From Macrostomum lignano (Eukaryota), in assembly GCA_002269645.1 (NCBI GenBank), contig NIVC01002990.1:62933-126932 (forward strand): 64,000 nucleotides of DNA, in the 5' to 3' direction. The translations under genes and the position numbers were made by a program. Below are positions 49,030 through 60,300 of this stretch, piece after piece. Under the pieces are notes generated by a model. It was not told where the DNA came from and made no database searches. It saw nothing but the letters and a program-made list of their open reading frames with translations. How positions within the stretch are numbered: the first letter of the stretch is position 1; every line of letters begins with the position of its first letter.

Positions 49030-49485
49030 ATGAAGAACGAAATCTTTGGTTTGCTTTTGCTAGCAGCTATTGTAGTGAGTTAACGGTATCTGTTTTATTG
49101 ATTTACAATTTCAGCAGTATACTTTACTGATTGATGACTTACAGTTTTTATATTGTCAATATAATCTGTATAGGCCAGTGAACCGTTTGAGGGGCTGACT
49201 GAGGAGGAGATGGAATTGAAGCTGAAGCCCTGTCTAGTCTACAACATCAACTGCCCAGCTGACGGCAGCATGGGCAACTACAAAGAGATGAAAAAGGAGC
49301 TAGAAATGATGAAGGTTGGCATCAAGCTGCAGGGCGGCAGGACACCGCCAGAGTGCACGGAGTGCGGCCGAGGCGAGCGGTGCGACCGCGAGTGCTACTA
49401 CGCCCTATTGAAAGTGGCGGTGTTGGAGCTCCCTCTCGTCCGGAATCAGAATCAGCAAAGGTTTCCAGGGAAGCGCTCCGTCTGA
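49030..49485 (+). CDS. Putative secreted 118-aa six-cysteine protein / peptide precursor; exons 49030-49074 and 49174-49485
   Basis: ATG exon encodes MKNEIFGLLLLAAIV, followed by a GTGAGT donor and a phase-0 TATAG acceptor. C-x6-C-x33-C-x2-C-x5-C-x3-C; ends RFPGKRSV; AATAAA near 49591. Confidence 0.65.
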
Positions 49486-50745
49486 TACTGGAAAATTTAT
49501 TTCGGTACATTGAAATACACTGACTGCTACGGCATTCTGCAGTATTCCGACTGAATGAGAACCAAATTAATTTTTGATGTAATTGCTACAATAAATCACA
49601 CTTAAAATTATTAAAATATACGCATAAACATATTTAGAGTCAGCGAAATTATCACTTTATCATTATCACTTATCATTACTAGATTATCGCCTAGTTTGAC
49701 TAGATTGGCGCCGAATTTGATTAGATTGCCGCCGAATTTGACTAGATTGCCCCTCCGATTCAGTCAATGGGCAGGTAAAGTACCTATTTTACAAATAAAT
49801 ACAACTAAAACTATCTACTCATACAAGTAATAAGCCAATTGATGAGGACGCACTTTTTCCAAATTTCACGCTCGCACATGGGTTCCAAACTTGCTAGCCT
49901 ACTAACAGCAGGCTATGGGCGTTTTTCTCCCTCTTTTGTAATTTTTCTAGAATTAATACTAGTAGGACTTCTGTAGCTATATTAATCTGCCATACTTGTA
50001 GTTATAATAACATAGGCGCGGTTTTTTGCTGCTTTTGGGTCATAAATCATTTCGTCTGAGCTGGTCTGACCGCCACCTGCGCCTCACTCAGTGCTGGGGC
50101 TGGCGCCAGATGGTCTGAGAGGAAGCGAATGATAGCTTTTTTCTCATCATTTTGACAGGCCATCAAGATTTATGAGGTCAGGGCCTATTGTTCGTGTTCA
50201 ATCAAGCATGTGACAGCTTTGACAGCTATGCGTTTTACCCCTAAAAGTACGTTGGGATTAGCAATTAGCGAGTTCCCTTCAATACCTCCGCTTTCCACTT
50301 AATAAGAGCTTTCTAATGTATATTTTCTCATTGATTTTTGTCAATTCTGCGCGAAAATTCATAAAATAAAAAACATATTTTTTGCGATTTTGATTGATTT
50401 ATGGCCGCACCTATCATATTTTTACGACCCCGAGGGAACTGATAGGATCTCCCGGTCACGTGACTTTGGGTGGCAACAAGCAACAATCAGAAAATTCGAC
50501 GCTCATTTTAACAAATCGGCTCAGCCAATCAGAATCGACGTGTTCCATTATAACAAACTGCGGTCCAGTTGGCGGCTATTTAAACGGGTGTTTTTGGCCC
50601 GCTCGGACTAACTTGGCAACCCTTTCTGGAGACCGGCCAGGAACTTGCTCTCTCCCTGGCCCGACTGTCGTTTCTTAATCCCCGGATTGCGACTCCCCCC
50701 ATCATCATCAAGGACGAATTCCCCCGGTCATCAGCAGTGAACATC

Positions 50746-53700
50746 CAAGGAAGCCTCTTTGTTCGCTTCGCTCACCAGGAAGCGACACTCACTTGGCCCC
50801 TCCCCACCTCCTCTACAAGTTTAGTCTCGTTTTGGGAACTTAGGTAGCAAAGAATTTTTGTCCTTCGTTTACTGTACACTGAATTACTCATATCTTTTCT
50901 ATGTTATGCCTATATCTTCTCCTGCAGGATATCATTTAGGCAGCAAAAAACAACTGATATCAACTCACTCTGAGCAATTCTCTGATTTTCTAAAGTCTAA
51001 TTTTTTAATCGAACATTTGCATAATACATCATGGGATACAAGTGCTGTGTTCCAGCTTGTGTTACTAATTTGCCTCGGTATAAGAAGGACCCGACTGTTT
51101 CCATCCACAAGTTTCCTTCTTTCGAGAATCTGGATCTGCTGAACAAGTGGATCGCTACAATTCCTCGACAATGGACTGAGGCCGAGCTGTGTAAGCTGCG
51201 GTCTGACCCAAGTCACAACTCTCGGGTTTGCTCTCTGCATTTTCCAGCTAAGTTCTTTGTGACTGTCTCTATGGATTCCAACCCAAATCGCAAAAGGCCG
51301 GCATCTGACGATCCATCGACTGCTACTGCTAAGCTGAAAAACCGGCGTCTGACAGATGATGCTGTGCCGTGCATCTTCCCGAATGTTGCATCCTACTTGA
51401 GCAAGGCCGTCCTGGAAGAGAGGCAAACGGTTTGTACATCGGCTGAGAGCCGTCGAGAGAACGACATCCAGCGTTGCGAGGTAGAAGCAGAGGAGCTTCT
51501 ACAAAAGGATGTGATTTCTGACTTCCACGCTATTGTGTCATACGATCTACCAGATCATCTAAGGTGCTTTTTCAAGGTGATCTCTGAATCGAGTGTAACC
51601 TTTTTTACAACTAGAATGTCCGGTGCCGGCAACTTGGAGATCGCCACATCGCTGAATGTTGGCCAAGAGCTGCTGTTTGAGGTCACAGTTGGTGGTGATA
51701 AGCAAGCCTCTTTTGCTGGAGATCTGGCAGCTGACGGCAGTCTTAAAACCTTTGCCCAACTTGAAAACATCCTAGCTAGGCTAAAAAATGTCCGTTTGGA
51801 AGATTGCCGGCATGGTTATGAGGAGCACCTCTTACTAGCTCAGGAGGCAGTCACGAAAGCTATCACCGACTTGTCAGCTAAGATTGAAGTCAAGAGTGAT
51901 CAAGAGCTGGATACATGCATTGAGGAGGCTGCTTTTGCTAAACTGAATTTTCTTGTCGAGCAGCTAAGCTTTTCGAGTTTGAAGAAGGGGAAGCTAACAT
52001 ACTCCAGCGAGCTACTTGCTTTTTCATACCTGTTGCAGCACCACAGCCAATCAACGTACAATTTCATTCGGAAATCCAACACAGTCAACCTCCCAAGTGT
52101 TAGGCATCTGCAGAGGCTTTCTTCCGGATTGAGCAATGACCCTGACATCAAGGCTACCGAAGATTATCTCAAGCTAAAAGTTGACAGCCTGCCTGAGTCT
52201 GAGAGGGTAGTGCTTCTTGCAATCGACGAATTTATTCGTCGAAGCGAATGGAATTCAGTGGAGGCAAGGTATTTGGCACTGACGCAGAAACCGATGAGCT
52301 CGCCAAACTGTGTGCGCTTTTTTGATCAAGTCGCTGCATGGAGACTTCCAGGAAGTAATTTCTCTTATTCCAAAAAGTAAGCTTAGTGCTCTGGACTTGC
52401 AAAATCACCTCACTGACTGCCTTGCTCTGCTTGATAGGGTTCACCTGAAGCCAGTGGTGTGCATTGTTGACAACAATGCAGTGAATAGGAGCCTCTTTCA
52501 GGGTCTTCTATGCAAAGGCAAGCTGCTATCATCAATTCCAAATCCGGTGTCTGGCGAGCCGCTGTTCCTTCTCTTCGACCCTGTACACAACTTTAAGAAC
52601 ATCTTGAACAATTGGATTTCGCGCCAGGTGTTTCAGTTTCCGGACTTTACCGATCCCCAGAAAATCCAAACAGCAGATTTTCGCGATTTGCACAAACTTC
52701 AAGAGCAAGAACTCGGGCAACCAGCTCGGATCGCCTTTCAACTGAATACAAGGTCCTTGAATCCAACAAACCTGGAGAAGACTAATGTTCAGCACGCAGC
52801 CAGCATCTTCAGCGAGTCTACTGTAGAAGCAGAAAAGTTATACAATTTTTCCTCTGGCTTGGTAGCTTTCCTAGCGCTCATTCTTAACATGTGGACGATC
52901 TGGAATGTCAAGACCACTAGGAAAGCGAAGGAAAAGCGGCTTCTCGACGCCGCTCCGCTGGTGCCGAACGATCACCGCCTCGACAAGCTGCGCCAGTTTG
53001 CCGCTTTCTTCCAACGTTGGAAGGATTCGAAGTTGCCCGGCTTGACTGCTCCCACTTTCCTTGCTGTTAAGTCCTGCTGTCTCACTCTTGCTGATCTTTC
53101 CGAGCACCTTTTCTCTAGGTTTTTATTTCCCTCTGTTTTGACAGGTAGGATAGTCAGTGACTGGATCGAGCGGCGCTTTGGTCGCTACCGCCAGTTTCAT
53201 GGAGGCAACTATTTTGTTTCTGTCCGGCAGATCCTTCAAGCCGAGAAGAAAATTCGCGTTTCCAGCCTGCTTCAGTTTTATGGCCTTGGACTGAAAGATT
53301 TAAAAATTCTTGACCAGGCGAGTTCATCCGAGTTTTTTAATCCACACTTATCCGTGAAGCTTTCAGTTCTCCAGCATCTTGACGCCGCTCTTACATCTAG
53401 TGACCGAAACATTTGTTCCTATCTTGGTGGCTACGTGTCTAAAGCTCTATGCGGCCAGCTGAAGTGCACTGACTGCAAGAATCTTCTACTTACTAACGAT
53501 TACTTGGAGTTTATTGCCGAAGAGGATTGTGCTGACGACTTTGCCCTGATTCAAATGCGTGACCGAGGCGGTCTGAAGTGCCCCAGCAAATTCGTATTTT
53601 TTCTTTTGAAGGCATCCTACTTCATGTTTGAACATCTGCGAGATTATAGTCTGTTAACTGCTGATCTTCTCACCTCTGGTAATTTAGTTCAAAATATTGT

Positions 53701-54227
53701 TGAGCTCTGCCAGGACTACGTGAGTGAATCCACTGATTTTACGACTCTTTCAAGCCAGACTTGCAGTTGTGGAAAGGCAGCTGCTACTCTTTCTTCGCGG
53801 ATCTTAATTCCTGCAGTCCGGATTTATCTAAAGAATTTTGTCAATGAGACAAACGATGAGAAGGCGAAGAACCAGAAGGCGATGAATCGTAAGGCGTCCA
53901 AGCTTTCCAGCAAGAGTTCGAGTTAGCTGTTTAATATGCGTTTTAACGAGGGAAGCTCAGAGTTTAAGCGAAGATTTTTCCTTTTTGTGTATAATATTTA
54001 ATGACGATTTTTATTTTTTTCAGTTTCATTCATTTGTTGTATAATTTTTAATTGCAGCCTTTTATTTTCCAAACAAACACGCATCAATTTATACACTTTT
54101 TCATACTGAGCGCACTGAAATAAGTGGGTTCTCGTGTAGTCTGGGGAAGAAAAACGAGACTCAACTTGTATAGGCACGATTTCAGTGTCGCTTCCTGGTG
54201 AGCGAAGCGAACAAAGAGGCTTCCCTG
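50746..54227 (+). mobile_element. Complete P-superfamily (THAP) DNA transposon
   Basis: 44-bp TIRs (50746-50789 and 54184-54227, 1 mismatch) start with CA; 7-bp TSD GAACATC (50739-50745 and 54228-54234). Confidence 0.92.
51031..53926 (+). CDS. THAP-domain P-element-type (THAP9-like) transposase, ~965 aa after correcting two 1-bp deletions
   Basis: THAP: CCVPAC...KFP...W...VCSLHF...AVP. Catalytic region: IDE, VDNN, FDPVHNFKNI, IERRFGRYRQ; C-terminal CxxC and RGGL. Adding an A at 52229-30 and at 52305-07 gives DEIYSSKRMEFSGGKVFG...AKTVCAFLIKS. Confidence 0.88.
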
Positions 54228-57094
54228 GAACATCAAAGTTAAGAGCATCACCTGCTAGCTATCTGCGAAGGTTGTGACATCAGCATCATCCCGGGTCTAC
54301 AGCTGCGAATCACTAAGCCGATTCGGTCACTGTGGATTACCTGGTCTCCGGCTGTTGAGTTTCTGATTGGTTAGGTGAGAGGCTACCTAGACTTGCTTGA
54401 TTGGGTGATTCCCTGTCTGTCCCCTGTTTCAGTAGCTGGATTAGGCGCACACTTTTGCTCATTTTGTTCAGTAGTGCTGTTACTGAGACAGAAATCATTC
54501 AATAATACTGCTAGTAGTCTGAAGCTCCAATTTAATCTGAGGTGTGAAGTGATTCAAGGAGAAGGTTAAATCTGACAGTTATTTTTATCGGTTTTACTTC
54601 TTTGTTCGCCGATGGCTCAGATGAGTGGCTAAGCTAGTAGGCGCCGGTCATAGTAGACCAATGGCAAGGCAGTTCTCAGTCGATCAATCTATCAAATCAG
54701 TTAGCGAAACTGCCAGTAGTGCAGAATCGGCGCCAGAGATGTACTTTTTGCACTCTAGGTTAGCCAAGCGGCTCGGGTAATGAATCATGCGGTCTCTGAG
54801 GTTCGAGTTGGCCTATCATCAGCGCTAGGAGAGGCTGGTTGGCGCGTTGAAGGCCAAAAGTACAATTCTTCGTATTTAGCAATGTAATAGTACATGTAGC
54901 TACTCCATAGTCTCGCCACTGCAAGAATCCCCTGCACAAGTCCCCTCTGTACCTGCATGGCCAATGCGATCTAGTCCCAGCAGTGTCCCTTATCATCGGC
55001 TATGACTTCGAGATAGACAGCAAAAGACACTAGTTGGCAGGTAAGTGCAAAGCCCCTTCTAGTCGGAAGCCCGATTTCGAAAGTTCCGGTTTGGTGAGCC
55101 AGGACGTACGGGCTGGTGGCAGCGAGTTAGCTAACCGCGGGTTAACTAATTTCTACCTTCAAAATTCTCCCTGCTTGTCTCTCGCTGTCCCTCTCTTAGC
55201 TATAGGACCTAGACTGCTCGCCACACGATCAAGCTACCATGGGGCTGACCATCTGACAGGAGTGGGGGGGGCAGGGCTCTAATTGATTTATTTCTGAGAC
55301 CTGAGGCCCGAAGGCTTCCCCACAAGGGGGCTGAAAGGCCGAAACCCATCACAATAAACAACATTTTAAGCATTATTACTGAATGCTGATCACATTTTAG
55401 GATCAGTGCGTTATCGATGAAACGTATAACTTCTAAATTTACTGTTTAATATTTCAATGCAAAACAGTTTTCCTTATAAATATAGGCAAAAAAATAATAT
55501 TCGTGGCGCTTTATGCATTACTGTAAGTAGACAACATTAGGCTTTAACCCCGAATTCGCGCTATTTTCAAGACTTCATCTATCCATCAAATGTACGTGTT
55601 TGGAATGAATGATTCAAATGTTTCAAATTCAAATCGGCAGCGAAACGGGGGCTGAGACAGATGTTGCTATAAGCGCGTGCGTGTGAGCGAATACATGGCT
55701 CAGAGAATTTAGAAGTGAATAAAAATAACACAATCGTTACAACAAAAATACTATTTAAAAAAATTAAAAAGCGCATCTATAAACATTCGAAGGTTAAAAA
55801 AATAGGCTTATTATAAGACAGCTGATAGATACTGGTGAACAGAAATCGGTTTTTATATCTAACTTCACATGTCTGCATGCGTGAGAACAATATACCAGTG
55901 TCAAAGTCAATGTCACTTGAAAGGTATTTTAAAACTGTTTTCCCTATTATCGATTACAAGGTGGGCTGAGAATATTTTAAAGTAACAACTGATTATTAAG
56001 GTATGAATGACTCACAGGTAAAATGACCAGTTTATAAAAATCTATAAATATGCAAAAAGACAATAGAAAGGAAAATACATTAATTAAGTTAACCAGTCTG
56101 CGTAATCACGGATGTCGATCGGGCAGTCATTGGAGTTTTCCCAGACTGGCGAACTCTGAAACAATGCAAAATAAGATTTCTCGAATAAATTGGCGACACA
56201 ACTATTCCGACAAGTCAGCATTTTAGAAAGGAAAGCAAAGCACACTCAAAGGCAACGGTTTTAAAAATTTGAAACCTTAGAGATGAAGCATGCTTTGAAA
56301 ACAGTTTAAAAAACATATTTTTTTCCTGACTGCGTGACCCTCCTGCAAGCTATAACCTTAGTTATTGTTATCCTCTTATCTTTCCTGCTTTACCTTTTTC
56401 ATAAACATGAATAAGTTCGATAGTGAGAAAAGATTAAAACACCCCCCAAGCATCACGCATTTTAACTTTCCATGCAGAAATGTAGCAAGCAAGCAAGCAT
56501 AGTTGCGTGACAGAAACAATCTGATGATGGAAAGTGTGCGCAAGCTTCAATCAACAGAAACAACGATTGACAGATGCATGTACACAGAGCACAGGTTAAA
56601 ATAGGTCTGTAGTATGCTGGGACCAACTTTTTTTAGCTTACAATTCAACTTTTCATTATTCTTGACGCAGACGGTAGGTGCCAGCTGATTCCACTGTGAT
56701 GGAGAGAAGATACTAATTGATACTCAGTCATATTTGCTAACCAATTTGAGCTAACGTGAATGATGCGCTTCTCATGCGGATAGTTGGCTTTGAAGTGGCT
56801 TTCAGAGTGGGCTTGAAAATCCAAGTTGATTTTGGCTTACCGGTTCGGCTCTCGGGCGCCGGCTGACGGACGCTGCCAACGCTGGCGGATTTCTTGCGAA
56901 TCTCGCCTGAAATTTTACGATTTATACACAATTAGACTTGCTACGCTGGTAGCTGTTAGATCCAAGGATTAGGATGCTATGCTAATTTCTTATTCTACGT
57001 ACAATTGCACATGTCCTGTGCCTTAAAATCACTAAAATGGCACGGCTCGGCTCATTGATTTTATGAATCTATTTTATCATTCTTAGCTGACTGT

Positions 57095-57300
57095 GTAGAA
57101 GCTTTATGACTATCAATAGAGCAATAAGAAAGGCACAACATATCAAAAGATGAACATTAGGTCTGCTTCCTATCGAAAGCAATAACAATTTTTGTGCTGA
57201 AAAAATGAAAACCTCCTATCTTTGTAGTGTATTTTTTCGGGAAAACCTGCCTTCTAAAATTTTCCAAGAAACGAGGTTTCCCGTCCTTCTATTTGAGTAG
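57095..57300. mobile_element. Uninterrupted partial copy (inverted) of the MITE-like repeat that hosts the LINE
   Basis: Aligns by eye to the reverse complement of 47852-47990 and continues into the reverse complement of 43530-43607. Confidence 0.6.
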
Positions 57301-57312
57301 TTCTTGGATACA

Positions 57313-60300
57313 TCATGGACAATTAAGCAACTTACGCTTCAAACTTCGCACTACTTTGCTGCCCTGCTTCTCCTCCTTTGTCATTTCTGTCTGCTTCTTG
57401 GCAAAGTTGATAAACACCTGAAGATAAGTACAGGGGAAAGTGGTGAAAAGATCACCAGTGAAGCTTTTATCTACAGAGAACTTACTCAAAAAACAAAGCA
57501 AAACGCACCTGGTCAAGCGTTGTCTGATTAACACTATAGTCCTGCACGGTTCCCTCCGATTTGAGGCTGTTGACAACGTTGAAGATGCGGCTCAGAGTGA
57601 CATCCTGGCTGATCTGGTACTGCAGCAGCGTGCCGTGCTCTTCCTTCAACTGCGCCTCCGGCAGCTCGCTCATGAAGCGTTCGTGAAGACTCAGTACGTC
57701 TCCTGTTAGCAGGCGGTCGCTGCTACTCGCGGCAGGGCTTCTGTCCATCATCTTTGGGTTCTGATGGCCATTGTCAGAGACGGCTGTTTCAGACAATGGA
57801 GCCTCGGCGCGTGGAAGACGCAGGAAAACCGTGAAACCTTGGCCATATTTTGTCTTCAGGTGCTGCGGACTTCCCAGGCACTTCAGTTGGCCATTCACCT
57901 TGAAGGTTGGATGCAAATGTCTGATTAATGTGACAAATGTCTGCGGAAACGAACCATGATTCTCTACTCGTTCGCTCACTCTTTCTATACTGCCCAAGGT
58001 AAAGTGCTATTTATTAAAAATCACAGTTACCATAATAGTGAGCCTGTGGCATAGGGCCTGACAGTCCTCCATGCTGTGACTAGTGAGGATCACACAGGAG
58101 CCAGCGGCCACCATTCTTTGGATGCAGCGCCACAAGAAGCGCCGCGCCCCGGGGTCCATTCCAGCAGTCGGCTCGTCCAGGAACACAATGGGCGGTCCGC
58201 CAATAAAGGCAATGCCGCAGGAGAGCTTCCGCTTGTTGCCGCCGCTGTACTCTTCAGTCAGCTTGTCCAGGTGAGGCACAATGCCAACCCTATAAAAATG
58301 TGGAACCGCTTTTGTCAGAAAAAGATAAATTAGCAAAAATCAATTTGATTGGCCAGTACTCACATTCTTGAAATGTAGGTAATTAGCTCAGGAATCTGAT
58401 CCTCCGCGATGCCGCGAATCCTAGCAAACAGCTGCAGTGTCTCTCTGCCAGAGAGCAGCGGCAGGAGGGCATCAAACTGTGGACAATAGCCCATCTGCTT
58501 GTGCGCTTCGAGTACATCCGTGAGAATAGAATGCCCATTTAGGGTGGCGTCGCCACTCGTCGGATCAATGTCGCCGGTCAGCATTTTAAAGGTGGTGGTC
58601 TTGCCTGCACCATTCACGCCCAGAAAGCCGAAGCACTCACGCTGCGAGACACCCAGAGCGACGCCATTCACTGCGGCCCGAGGACCAGTCCTGGTATGGA
58701 AAATCTTCACCAGATCCCGAATCACCAGACAGTTGCTACCTGTGGCGCCGCCGGAATCTCCGCCAGCGTTGCCCAGCACGCGATCACGCTCTGCTTTAAC
58801 ATCGTCTTCCTCGACTTCCCGGCGCTCCAGCAGTTTGCTGTACTTATCTTGATGGCAGGATCGGTAAATGCGCCCGGTGCAGCAGCCTTGGCCGCAAAAG
58901 AAGTTGTACTCAATTAGCAGTACCAGTACAAAGTATACGATGCTTTGCACAGCCAGGCAAATAATGTAGCGTATGGTTTGCTCCCATGCATTGTCACTAA
59001 TCGTAACGTCGCCGTAAGATGACGCTAGAGTCTGGACGCTAACTCCCAATGAGTCAGCGAGCTCCTTGAGCTTTACGGAAAACTGATAGTAGTAGTTAAG
59101 CTCCATTAGTCCCTGTCCAAGACAAAAGTGAGGAAACACGAGGAACACATACTTCAATGCGTTTGCAGTATTCTGCATCTGGTCGTCCTTGTTCTCCAGA
59201 GCGATCATTTCTACGATTGCTACTGACATGGTGGTGACGAAGCCGACGCCAAGGTTAAAGCATGACAGCATTGTGAACGCTTTGCTAGGTACACTGAGCA
59301 CCCAACTGAACGGGTACATAACCGGCGCATTGGCAAAGCCGAACAAAAGCATGATGACAATGAAGGGGCCGATAGTATCCTTGCTGACAAACGCCTCCGA
59401 TTTGAAGGCAACGAAGATCAGAATGAGAATAACTAACGGGACTAAATAGTTCACCATGTTCCACAAGTGGTTTATTAGCCAATAGAGCGCTGGATTGATA
59501 CCCGACACGAACTGCAGGTGCTTGGCATTCGTTCGTCTCTCTGTTATTAAGAATAGCACAAAGCTAGCCGGAATAAATGAAAGGGCGAATATGATGGAGA
59601 CCACTGTGATGGCGGAAGTGATTGTCTGGCTTGTCAACGTGTTTTCAACATACTCGGAGCGCAGTGTAATGGGATGCGTCCAACCGGACACTCCATACAG
59701 ATTCTCAGAGGCCCCAGTCGGTAGCCGCGAACGAAGCATAGCATTGCTTAAAATATTCAGATAAGCGGGGCCGGACACGTATCCGCGATTGTCGTACCAG
59801 ACCTGCGCTCTTAGGAGCTCCGAATTGTTAGTAGTTGGCTTTAGTGCATTGAGGGCATCGGAAAACGAAGCAGTAAAGTTGTACACGATCGAGTTTCCAA
59901 CGTTAATGCCCATAGCAGTGACCTCAGATTTGCTGACATAGTTCAGCGTTGGATCGGTGTCGTTGACGAACAAAGAGAAACCACCGAATCGGATCTTGAA
60001 GTATTTTGATACACTAGATTGAATGTAGTTAGTCACATTGTACAGTGTGTAATTTTCAAATATATCCGCACTCAATAGATTCTTGCTAGCTGGGGTGGGC
60101 CAATCAACGCACTTTGCACTTTCTGGATACTTTTCGTAGGAGCAGCGACAGTTGGAGGTGTCCAAAGGCAGATTGGTAGGCGTTGAGCCCCAAGTTGCAG
60201 GAGGATTTGTTGGCGCCAAACAGGAGAATTTGTCGTTGCCATGCTCAGTTGAGGTGCTGACACAGCGAGTTCCAAGAGAGTCTGTGTTGTAGAAATGCGA

